The notes under the pieces: model-generated
What the model was told of the DNA's origin: nothing
Databases searched by the model: none
The model's input: only the letters and a program-made list of their open reading frames with translations
Program-made: the position numbers and the translations under genes
Shown: piece after piece, positions 47,778 through 56,583 of the stretch
Layout: each line of letters starts with the position of its first letter
How positions within the stretch are numbered: position 1 is the first letter of the stretch
NCBI GenBank assembly: GCA_963836075.1
Contig: CAWIIB010000009.1
Coordinates: forward strand, 1,472,001-1,536,000
DNA from: an uncultured Acidobacteriota bacterium
GTDB lineage: Bacteria > Acidobacteriota > JAQAZP01
DNA length: 64,000 nt
Reading direction: 5' to 3'

Positions 47778-49358
47778 TCAGTCCGCGATCTCCTCGGGCT
47801 GGTGGTCCGGTTTGAGCAGGTCGAGCACGGTCTTCACCGGGCTGAAGGTGGTTATCGGGATCTCGATGAACACCGTGTTCCAGTGTGCCATGGCCCCGTT
47901 CCAGAGGCCGGGCAGTTCCAGCGCCAGGAGTTCCCGACCCTGGTATGACTTGTTCGAGATGAAGACCGCTTCGTGATCCACGAAACGGCTGAGGTCGAAC
48001 TGGTTTCCGCAGTGGTCACGGATCCCGCAGATCAGGTCCACCGGATTGAAGTAGCCCGAGGCGGCGAGGACCTCGGCCTGGACGGCGTCACTCATGTCCA
48101 CCTGGGCCGACTCCACGATCTGCAGGCTGGCGGTGCCGTCCGTTTGCCTGACCCAGAAGGGGCCTCCCCCCGGATCGCCAATGTTCTTAACCATACCGCA
48201 GATACGGAGCGGGCGGTTGAGACGGTCCTGGAGAATCCGGGCCTGCCTGTCCGGTGTCTGGTCCTCAAAACCGGCGGCCAGCCCCTGGTTCAGCTCGCTG
48301 TCGATAAATGCCGCGGCCCCCCGCAGCAGATCCGGTTCCCGGTCGCCGTCGGCCAGGCGGTCCAGCAGCTGGAAGATGCGGGACTGGAGAAAGACGAGGT
48401 AGCCGGTCAGGGCGGCCTTGTATTGGTGGGTGGGGCCTTTCACCCGGTCGTGGAGCACATTGTCGATGTTCTTGATCAGCACCACGTCCCCGCCGCACTC
48501 GTTGAGGTTTTCGATCAGTGCTCCATGGCCGCCGGGACGGAAGAAGAGCCGTCCCTCGTCGTCACGGAACGGATTGCCGTCCGGGTCGGAGGCGATGGTG
48601 TCGGTGCTCGGTTTCTGGGCGCTGAAGGTCGCCTCGATGCGCAGGCAGCGGGCCTGGTGAAGGCGCCCGGCGGCTTCGGCGCACAGGGCAGCGATCGCCG
48701 GTTGGTGGTCTTGCGAAATGGTGAAGTGGAGACGGCAGACGCCATTCCGGTCGGCCACGTGCTCCGCCGCTTCCACCAGTTGCTCCTCCAGGGCCGTGCG
48801 GGGGCCTTCGGGGTAGGTGTGGAAGGCCAGCAGTGCTTTGGGCAAACTGGCGTATCCGAGACCGCGGCTGGTGAGCAGGTGCTCGAGAACCGGGCGAAAG
48901 TCCCCCTGACCCAGCAGCGTCTGGAGCTGCAGCTTTTCCCCGGCCAGCGATCGGGCCAGGAGCGGAGTGAAGGCTAAGCGGGGCAGGTTTCGCAGCAGCA
49001 TCTCCACGTCCACCGCGGCGCTGTCCCCCTCCCTGGCTCTCATTTCCAGGTCGTCCAGAGTACGGATGGAACTGTTCTCGAGGACGGCCATCGGGCTCTT
49101 GAACATCCGGCTTGCCGCCCCCGACGCTGGCACGAACTTGGTCAGACGGCCCTCGCCCGCTGCCTGGCAGGCCAGTTCGGCCAGCCCCGGCAGCATTTTT
49201 TCGGGCAAGCGGAGCAGTCCGTCGCCGATGCGCACCGGCCGGTCCAGCCGGGCGTATGAGACGCCGGCCCGCAGCATTTTCAGCTGTTCCTCCAGCTGTT
49301 CCACACCGATCCCGCGTGAATCCAGTTGCTCGCGATCTTGTTCACTGAGTTTGATCAT
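47778..49358 (-). CDS. DUF4301 family protein (UDP-sugar pyrophosphorylase-like)
   Basis: KFVPASGAASRMFK, LPKALL.FH.Y, FRPGGHGALIENLN, IKNIDNV, GGGPFW, FNPVDL and ELPGLWNGAM. Confidence 0.9.
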   Translation of the reverse strand: MIKLSEQDREQLDSRGIGVEQLEEQLKMLRAGVSYARLDRPVRIGDGLLRLPEKMLPGLAELACQAAGEGRLTKFVPASGAASRMFKSPMAVLENSSIRTLDDLEMRAREGDSAAVDVEMLLRNLPRLAFTPLLARSLAGEKLQLQTLLGQGDFRPVLEHLLTSRGLGYASLPKALLAFHTYPEGPRTALEEQLVEAAEHVADRNGVCRLHFTISQDHQPAIAALCAEAAGRLHQARCLRIEATFSAQKPSTDTIASDPDGNPFRDDEGRLFFRPGGHGALIENLNECGGDVVLIKNIDNVLHDRVKGPTHQYKAALTGYLVFLQSRIFQLLDRLADGDREPDLLRGAAAFIDSELNQGLAAGFEDQTPDRQARILQDRLNRPLRICGMVKNIGDPGGGPFWVRQTDGTASLQIVESAQVDMSDAVQAEVLAASGYFNPVDLICGIRDHCGNQFDLSRFVDHEAVFISNKSYQGRELLALELPGLWNGAMAHWNTVFIEIPITTFSPVKTVLDLLKPDHQPEEIAD

Positions 49359-49450
49359 GGATCGAATTATCGGCTCTGATCCCCCGGGGAGTCAACCGAT
49401 ATCCGGGTGTAGTAGAGTGTGGGGGGCAGATTAGCGCCGGTGAATTACAT

Positions 49451-50488
49451 ATGATGGGATCAATGTCCATGACATTGCAAGATCAGTCGAAAATCAGTGT
49501 GCTGATGCCGGTGCACCAGGCGGAGGGGACTCTGGGCGAGGCGCTGGGGAGCGTGCTGGGGGGGACGTTCAGAGAACTGGAGCTGATCGCCGTGGATGAC
49601 GGCTCCACCGACGGCTCGCCGGCGATCCTGGCCGAGGCGGCGCGGCGGGATCCGCGTCTGCGGGTCATCACCACCCCGCACCGCGGTATCACCGCCGCGC
49701 TGATCACCGCGCTGGAAGCGGCCGGGGCACCGCTGGTGGCCCGGATGGACGCCGACGACATCAGCCACCCCGAGCGCCTCGCCCGCCAGGCGGCCGCGCT
49801 GGATGAGCACCCCCGATGGGCCGGCGCGGGCTGCTGCTTCAGCTGGCTCGCCGCCAGCGGACCCACCCCGGGGATGGAACGCTACGCCGTATGGCAGAAC
49901 AGCCTGCTCTCCCCCGGCGACATCCGCCGGGGGATGTTCATCGAGAACCCGGTAACCCACGCCACTCTGTTATTGCGCCGCGGTGCGCTGGAACAGGCCG
50001 GCGGGTATTCCGCCCGGCCCTGGAGCGAGGATTACGACCTGGTGCTGCGGCTGCTGCTCGGCGGCCGGGAACTGGGCAAGGTTCCCCAAGCGCTCTACCA
50101 CTGGCGCGAGAGCAGCGGCCGCCTGACCCGCACCGGCGAGCACTGCTCCGCGGAAAGCTTCCACCGCACCCGGGCCCACTACCTGTTGCTCCACGTCCTT
50201 GCCGGGCAGACGCGCGTCGCCCTCTGGGGAGTGGGGGAGCTGGGGGCGGTCTGGAAGCGCTCGCTGGAGGCGGCCGGCCTGGAGGTGGACTGCCACGCCG
50301 TCAATCCCAGGGCGATGAAGGTCTCGCGGGGCGGCCGTCTGCTCATCCCGCCCGAGCGCCTGCCCGCCACGGGCCCGGGCTCGCTGACCCTCATCGCCTG
50401 CGGCACCCAGGGTAACCGCGATCTGCTCCGCGCGGCCTCCGCGGCGGCCGGCCTGGTGGAAGGGGAGACGTTCTGGTGCGTGGGCTGA
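49451..50488 (+). CDS. Glycosyltransferase family 2
   Basis: ISVLMPV, VDDGSTD, ARMDADD and EDYDL. The exact start is uncertain (49451-49469). Confidence 0.88.
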   Translation: MMGSMSMTLQDQSKISVLMPVHQAEGTLGEALGSVLGGTFRELELIAVDDGSTDGSPAILAEAARRDPRLRVITTPHRGITAALITALEAAGAPLVARMDADDISHPERLARQAAALDEHPRWAGAGCCFSWLAASGPTPGMERYAVWQNSLLSPGDIRRGMFIENPVTHATLLLRRGALEQAGGYSARPWSEDYDLVLRLLLGGRELGKVPQALYHWRESSGRLTRTGEHCSAESFHRTRAHYLLLHVLAGQTRVALWGVGELGAVWKRSLEAAGLEVDCHAVNPRAMKVSRGGRLLIPPERLPATGPGSLTLIACGTQGNRDLLRAASAAAGLVEGETFWCVG

Positions 50489-50536
50489 CTGCGGGATAAC
50501 CGCGGGTTGGGAGGGACTCGGGACCGCTGCCCGGTG

Positions 50537-51160
50537 TCACCGCCGCTCGCTGAACCGTTCCAGCTCCGTCGCCGTCTGCTGGTCCGAACCGTAGTCTCTG
50601 ATGGTCCTGCCGATGGCGCGGAGGTCGTTGGCCTGACGGTCCATCGGCTGCCGTCCCACCAGCGTCTCCAGGCACTCCAGGGCGGGAGCCGCCTGGTTCT
50701 GGCGCAACAGCTGCAGCGCCCGGTTGAAGAGCGCCTTCTCCAGCATCAGGCCCAGCGCCGGATCGTCGGCGGGCAGGTCCTCCAGCAGCCCGGCGCACTG
50801 GATCACTCCGGCCCAGTCCCGGTCAGCAAACAGCTCCGCCATCCGTTCGGCCAGCACCTCCCCCGCCCGCACCCGCTCCGGGGTCACCGTGCCGGCCCGC
50901 TGTCCAGCGGCTTCCCCCACCGTGATCCGGCCCCGCAGCTGGTCCTCGCCCACCCGGCGCAGGTGGTGGATTCGGGCGCGTTCGGCCCGCTCCCCGGCCC
51001 GGCGCTGTTCCCACCATCCGCTGAGCCAGACGATGAACACAAGGCCCAGCACCACCAGTACGGCCAGGCAGCCCAGCACCTGTGTCCTGCCCCGTGGTTC
51101 CGGGGTGGTGCCGGGCGGGGAATGGAGCGACGGGCGCGGTGGTACGGGCATGCCGATCAT
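50537..51160 (-). CDS. Membrane-anchored TPR-like hypothetical protein
   Basis: One TM helix and helical repeats. Translationally coupled to the upstream kinase (ATGA overlap). Confidence 0.6.
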   Translation of the reverse strand: MIGMPVPPRPSLHSPPGTTPEPRGRTQVLGCLAVLVVLGLVFIVWLSGWWEQRRAGERAERARIHHLRRVGEDQLRGRITVGEAAGQRAGTVTPERVRAGEVLAERMAELFADRDWAGVIQCAGLLEDLPADDPALGLMLEKALFNRALQLLRQNQAAPALECLETLVGRQPMDRQANDLRAIGRTIRDYGSDQQTATELERFSERR

Positions 51161-53448
51161 GAGGGTTCCGCCGTGGCCGGCCCCACCGGCAGCTGAATGA
51201 TCACCCTGGTTCCGCGGGGCGTATTGTCGATGAGGCGGATGGTGCCGCCGTGGTCGGAGATGATCCGCTGGACTATGGCCAGCCCCAGCCCGGTCCCCTT
51301 CTTCTTGGTTGAGAAGTAGGGGACGAAGAGCTTGTCCCGAACCTCGGGCGGGATGCCGGGCCCGTCGTCGGCGAGGGTGATCCGGATCTGCCCCAGCTGC
51401 CGCAGGTATTTCGTGCTGATCTCCAGCCGGCCCTGCCCGTGCATCGCCTGGATCGCGTTCTCCACCAGGTTCATCAACGCCCGCCGCAACTGCTCCTTGT
51501 CCATCTGGAAGCGCGGCACGTCAGCGTCGAAATCGGTACTGAACTCCAGCTTTTCGTGAGTGCCGTTGTAGGCGGTGATGGTGGTCTGGATGATCTCGTG
51601 GAGGCTGGCCTCGCGCCGCTTCATCACCGGCATCCGCGCGTAGCGGGTGAACTCGCTCACCAGCTGTTTCAGCGCGGCCACTTCATGCTGGATGGTGGTC
51701 GTGCACTCCTGGACCATTTCCGAACAGTCACCGCCCTCGGCCAGCTTGCGCTGAATCCGCTGGGCGCTGAGCTGGATCGGGGTCAGCGGGTTCTTGATCT
51801 CGTGGGCGATCCGCTGCGCCACCTCCTGCCAGGCCTCGGCCCGCTGCACCTTGATCACCTGGGTCAGGTCGTCGAAGACCACCACCATGCCGCTGTATTT
51901 CCCCTCCTTGCTCTTCAGCGAGGTCAGGGTCAGGGCCAGGTTGCGGGTGATCCCATCGGTGTTCAGGGTCAGCACCTTCTTCAGCGAGAGGTCGTTGATC
52001 CTCAGCGCCCGGGTGATGGTGGCACGCACCTCACCCAGCTTCTCCCCGGCGAGGATCTCCTCCACCGGGATCCCGTTGAACGACTTGCCGGAGTCGAGGC
52101 CGAGGAATGTTCGGGCGGAGTGGTTGATCGTGGTCACCCGGTCCTCATGGTCCAGTGAGAAAACGCCGGTGGAGATGTTGTTCAACACGGTGGACATGTA
52201 GCGGCCGCGCTCATCCAGCTCGCGGTTGCTGCCCCGCAGTTCCCGGGCCGCCTGTTCAAGCTCTGCCTGGGAGCGCTGGAGCTGTTCGGTCATGGTGTTG
52301 AACGACTGGACCAGGATCCCCACCTCGTCTCCCGCCTTGACGTCCACCCGGTAGTCGAGGTTGCCGCTGGAAACCTCCTTGGTGCCCTCGGCCAGCAGCT
52401 GGATCGGCACGGTGATCTCCTTGGCCAGGGTTCGCCCGATCCAGAGGGCGGCGAAAAGAATCACCAGGGTGATGGTGAGGAAGGTGAACGTATAGGTGCG
52501 AACCGTCTCCTCTCTGAAGGCCCGTGCCCTCTGGTAGCGCTCCGATGCGCTGGTCACTTCCGTTACCGGGCGGCCGATGGCGTCCGGCACCCTCAATCCG
52601 GTGACCAGGGCCAGCCGGTTCCAGCCGCCGCCCTGCCGGGGGATGTGGCTGGATCCGCTGAGCACCAGGATACCGCCTCCCTCCAGCTCCACAAACTTTT
52701 GCCCCTCCCGCCCCTGCAGCAGGTCATCCACCAGATCCCTGAAGTAGATGTTCTCCAGTGCCGCCGGCTCCAGCGGGGCCCGGGTGACCACCACCACCGG
52801 CGTGCTGCCCCACCAGGCGGTGATCTGGTTCAGTCCGTAGAGATCGATCTGCTGTTCCAGCACGTCGCGCATCCGCTGGATCGATTGCGGGGTCAGGCTG
52901 CCGTCCTGTCGCGTGTAGCGGCGGGTTGTCTCCAGCTCCCGTCCCATGTTGGCGGCGAACAGGGCGCAGCGGTCCGCCTGCTCCTCGAGATAGCCGTCCA
53001 CGGCCTCCTGGGTCCGCTCCAGCACCGATTCCAGGTCGGTGTTGAACCACTGGCTGACGCTGTCGTTGATGAAGTCGTAGGCGACGAAGAAGATAAAGAT
53101 GGAGGGGATCACCGACAGGCCGAGAAAGGCCAGCACCAGCTTGGTCCGGAAGCGCGACCCGAGCACCTTGCGCCGCCGCTCCAGCACCAGCTTCACCAGG
53201 TCCCGGAAGAGAATGAAGAGGAGGATCAGGATCAGCAACAGATTGACAAAGGAGAGGACGGCCATGAACTCGCCGGTCATGTACGCCGGACGCAGCCGGC
53301 CCACCTTGACCACCAGGCGCAGAATGAGGAACAGGATCACCGCCAGGGTGAGCACGCTGCCCAGCACCCAGAGCAGCACCACCCGTCCGCGATTTTCCTT
53401 TCCCTCGGTGGGAGGCGGGCTCGGTTGGATATCGACGATCCGGTTCAT
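51157..53448 (-). CDS. NtrY-like sensor histidine kinase (TM-HAMP-PAS-HisKA-HATPase)
   Basis: GSRFRTKLV, HAMP domain (DEVGILVQSFNTM), AWQEVAQRIAHEIKNPLTPIQLSAQR, DDGPG and GTGLGL. Start taken at MNRIV. Confidence 0.9.
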   Translation of the reverse strand: MNRIVDIQPSPPPTEGKENRGRVVLLWVLGSVLTLAVILFLILRLVVKVGRLRPAYMTGEFMAVLSFVNLLLILILLFILFRDLVKLVLERRRKVLGSRFRTKLVLAFLGLSVIPSIFIFFVAYDFINDSVSQWFNTDLESVLERTQEAVDGYLEEQADRCALFAANMGRELETTRRYTRQDGSLTPQSIQRMRDVLEQQIDLYGLNQITAWWGSTPVVVVTRAPLEPAALENIYFRDLVDDLLQGREGQKFVELEGGGILVLSGSSHIPRQGGGWNRLALVTGLRVPDAIGRPVTEVTSASERYQRARAFREETVRTYTFTFLTITLVILFAALWIGRTLAKEITVPIQLLAEGTKEVSSGNLDYRVDVKAGDEVGILVQSFNTMTEQLQRSQAELEQAARELRGSNRELDERGRYMSTVLNNISTGVFSLDHEDRVTTINHSARTFLGLDSGKSFNGIPVEEILAGEKLGEVRATITRALRINDLSLKKVLTLNTDGITRNLALTLTSLKSKEGKYSGMVVVFDDLTQVIKVQRAEAWQEVAQRIAHEIKNPLTPIQLSAQRIQRKLAEGGDCSEMVQECTTTIQHEVAALKQLVSEFTRYARMPVMKRREASLHEIIQTTITAYNGTHEKLEFSTDFDADVPRFQMDKEQLRRALMNLVENAIQAMHGQGRLEISTKYLRQLGQIRITLADDGPGIPPEVRDKLFVPYFSTKKKGTGLGLAIVQRIISDHGGTIRLIDNTPRGTRVIIQLPVGPATAEPS

Positions 53449-53494
53449 CGGTTCAGGGCCTCGGGATTCATCACCGGCAGGTGTCGGGAGCCGT

Positions 53495-54055
53495 TCACGG
53501 TCCGTGGGGCAGCTCCTTCCTCCGCCAGACGGTGTCGAAACTCCAGGGAATGATGGCCATGGCATAGTCGGACTGGATCACCGCTTTGGCCCTGACGTAG
53601 TACTCCCGGTGTGACTTCGGCACGAAGTCCGGAAAAGCGATGGTGCTCACGTTGGTCATCCAGCGGCGCATGTCGTCTTCGCGGGTTGTGGTGAGCGAGC
53701 CTTCCGGTTCACCATCCACGGTCCGGGTCAGGTGGTACTCCCTGGTCAGCCGGTCATACCGTACGGAGGTCTTGATCTGCTGCTGGTTGCGGATGTAATC
53801 GGGATAGAGGACCCGGACCCGGTAGAGACGGATGTGATAGGTGAAGCTCACATCACCGCCGCTCTGGATCTTGTCCCGCACGTCGGCCCGGAAGGCCCGG
53901 TAGAGGTGAAACTGAACATTGATCCCGCCCCCCTGCCGCATCGACACGCGGAACTCACGGATTTTCGCCGTTTTCTTGGTCAGGAAGCCCAGTTGGACCG
54001 AGGACAGGGCGATGAGCACGAGAAGACACAATACACTGCCGATCAGTCGTTTCAT
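53495..54055 (-). CDS. DUF4390 domain protein
   Basis: Signal/TM segment, IQSG..VSFTY.I.L.R and V.YD.LTR.Y. Typical position upstream of ntrY. Confidence 0.75.
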   Translation of the reverse strand: MKRLIGSVLCLLVLIALSSVQLGFLTKKTAKIREFRVSMRQGGGINVQFHLYRAFRADVRDKIQSGGDVSFTYHIRLYRVRVLYPDYIRNQQQIKTSVRYDRLTREYHLTRTVDGEPEGSLTTTREDDMRRWMTNVSTIAFPDFVPKSHREYYVRAKAVIQSDYAMAIIPWSFDTVWRRKELPHGP

Positions 54056-54141
54056 CGCTGCCCACTGCTCCCGTGCCGGTGATGTCGTTCATTGAAATGT
54101 ATCTTATGGACTGCGAAAACACAAGATCCGCGGAACGCCGC

Positions 54142-55077
54142 TCAGGTGATGGGCCCGGACAGGACTTCGGAGAGCCGCCCGCGGAAGCTGTACCACTTGC
54201 CCAGCCAGTGCAGCAGCTGGATGGTCAGCGCGGTGCGCAGGTCGGGATGTAGGCCACCCTGAAAGCGGGGGCGGAAGGCGTGGACCCCGGGCCAGAAGAG
54301 GAGCGGGATGGTGGCCAGAGCGGCCGGAATACCGTTGGCCAGGCGGCCCCAGGCCGAGCGGGCCGCGGCGATCCGGGCCCGTCCGCGGCCGGTGCGGATT
54401 TTTTTCTCCCGGAACTGGGCCAAAGTGGTGCGTGCGGGGTGGGCCACCGCCGCCGCGGGGAGGTAGGTGATTTTCCCGCCCGCGTCCCGGACCCGCCGGC
54501 AGAAATCCACGTCCGCCCCGGAAACCCAGTCCTCGGCAAAACAGCCCGCCTCCTCGGCCAGCTGGCGGGTGACGAAGAGGTTGGCGGTCACCCCATAGCC
54601 GCCCTCCCGGACGTAACGCTCCTGCAGCATGTTGTGCAGCTTGTCGTAGATGGCAAAGATGCCCGGGTCCTCGGGCAGGACGATCTCCACCTCGCCGGCA
54701 GCCAGCCACGGTCCCCCGCCGGCTGACAGACCGTCGGCCCCGGCTGCGAGCCAGCCCGGCCGGGGTTCGGTGTCGGCATCGGTGAAGGCGAGAAACCGGC
54801 CCCGGGAATGCCTGATGCCCCGGTTGCGGGCGGCGTAAGATGAGGGCTGCTCTTCAAAGAGCAGGATGGCTCCCGGAAAGCGGTTGACCCGCTGCCGGGA
54901 GTCCTCGGGTGAACCGTTGTCCACCACCAGCAGTTCGAAGGTCCACGGCCCGGCTTCCTGGGCCTGGACCGCGGCCAGGCAGCGGTCCAGCGCCTCGCCC
55001 CCGTCCCGCACCGGGATGATCACCGAGATGTCGGGTGCGGGGGAGGCGCTGCCGTCGTCCCGGGGCTCAGTCGACAT
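54142..55077 (-). CDS. Glycosyltransferase family 2
   Basis: ISVIIPV, VVDNGS, ARNRG, FTDAD, TANL and D.DFC.R. Confidence 0.88.
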   Translation of the reverse strand: MSTEPRDDGSASPAPDISVIIPVRDGGEALDRCLAAVQAQEAGPWTFELLVVDNGSPEDSRQRVNRFPGAILLFEEQPSSYAARNRGIRHSRGRFLAFTDADTEPRPGWLAAGADGLSAGGGPWLAAGEVEIVLPEDPGIFAIYDKLHNMLQERYVREGGYGVTANLFVTRQLAEEAGCFAEDWVSGADVDFCRRVRDAGGKITYLPAAAVAHPARTTLAQFREKKIRTGRGRARIAAARSAWGRLANGIPAALATIPLLFWPGVHAFRPRFQGGLHPDLRTALTIQLLHWLGKWYSFRGRLSEVLSGPIT

Positions 55078-56317
55078 TTACATACTCCGGTCCGCTCAGA
55101 CGCATCCGGATCTGCCGCTGAAGCTCCGCCGCCGACCGCCGGCACTCGAACTCGGTTTCCACCTTGTCCCGCCCGGCCCGGCCCAGGGCCCTGCGCTCCC
55201 CGGCGGACATGGCCGCCAGGTCGGCCAGGGCCTTGGCCAGCCCCACCAGGTCCTCCGGTTCCACCAGCCGGCCGTGAAGGCCGTCCTCCACCAGTTCCGG
55301 AATTCCAGAGAGGTTGGTGGTGATCACCGGCAGCTCCATGGCCATCGCCTCCATCAGCGAGGCGGGGATGCCGTCCATGTCCCCTTCCGGCGACCGGCGG
55401 CAGGCCAGGGCGAAAATATCCGCCGACGCCAGCTCCCCGAACACCTGTTCACCGGAAAGGGCCCCGAGAAGGCTGACGGTGCAGCCGCTCCCCGGCGCTT
55501 CTTCGGCTATCCGGTGAAGTGCGGCCTCATCCGGGCCCTCACCGGCGATGCGGATCTCCAGCGGCCGGTCCCTGCTGGCCGCCAGACGGCCGGCCTGGAG
55601 CAGCAGGTCATGTCCCTTCTTGGCGATCAGCCGCCCCACCGAGATCACCCGCAGCGGTTCACCGTCACCCGGGCCGGGGAGGCGGCCCTCGGTGTCCCAG
55701 GGGCGGAATCGAGTGGTGTCCACCCCCACCCGGACCAGGGGAAAGTGCTCCCGGCCCAGTACGCCGAAGCGCTCCAGGCACCAGCGGCGGTTGTGCTCGC
55801 TGATGGTGGCCACGAACGAGGCATGGACCATCTTGTCCCCCAGCAGCCGGGGGTGCTCCCAGAGGTCGTGGGCGTGCGGGGTGAAGCTGTAGGGGATGCC
55901 GGTGAGCATGGAGACCAGCATGGCCATCTCGGTCCCCTGGTCGGCGAAGTGGCTGTGCAGCCACTTCGCACCCTGACGGTGCACCCGGGAGGCGACCCGC
56001 GGAGCGGTAAAGAAGAGCGCCAGCGACTGCCGGTCGGCCCGGGCGAGGACGAAGAACAGGGTTTTGAAGTAGCGGGCCGGTGAGCGCAGCTTCCACTTCA
56101 CGTGGTGCAGAAACGCGTTGAACCGAGCCGCGGCGCTGCCGGCAGGGAGCCGCCAGCAGGGAATCCCGGCCGTGATGTCCTCGTCCGCCGGCCCGGGGGG
56201 GCTGCCGAGGGCCGCCACCTGCACCTCGTTCCCCTGGGCCTGGAGTTCGCGCAGCTCCAGTGGGATCCAGGTCTGGGTCAGCACGGGAAAGGCGTTGAGA
56301 ATGTAGACGATCTTCAT
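55067..56317 (-). CDS. Glycosyltransferase family 4 (WcaL-like)
   Basis: FPVLTQTWI, HSHFA, FTPHAHD, SVGRL..KKG, DGIPASLMEAMA and GIPELV. Confidence 0.9.
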   Translation of the reverse strand: MKIVYILNAFPVLTQTWIPLELRELQAQGNEVQVAALGSPPGPADEDITAGIPCWRLPAGSAAARFNAFLHHVKWKLRSPARYFKTLFFVLARADRQSLALFFTAPRVASRVHRQGAKWLHSHFADQGTEMAMLVSMLTGIPYSFTPHAHDLWEHPRLLGDKMVHASFVATISEHNRRWCLERFGVLGREHFPLVRVGVDTTRFRPWDTEGRLPGPGDGEPLRVISVGRLIAKKGHDLLLQAGRLAASRDRPLEIRIAGEGPDEAALHRIAEEAPGSGCTVSLLGALSGEQVFGELASADIFALACRRSPEGDMDGIPASLMEAMAMELPVITTNLSGIPELVEDGLHGRLVEPEDLVGLAKALADLAAMSAGERRALGRAGRDKVETEFECRRSAAELQRQIRMRLSGPEYVNVD

Positions 56318-56583
56318 CGGTGATGCGAACCCCCGGTTGGCCGTACTCTATGGCCGGGCCGCGAGAGTGTCAAGGCTGGGACAGAGACGGCATCAGCCGG
56401 GAGAGGACATGCCGGCCCGGTGCCCGCAGGATCAGGGCGAGCGTCTCCGGAGTTTTTGTCGGATCAAGAATACCTGCCGGTTCTCCGATGAGAAATAGAG
56501 GGACGGATCCGTCAGCCCGCCCAGTTGGACAGTGGTGGGGTAGCAGGCGAAGCACCGTGCCCCCCGCCCTCATCCGGAGCGTC

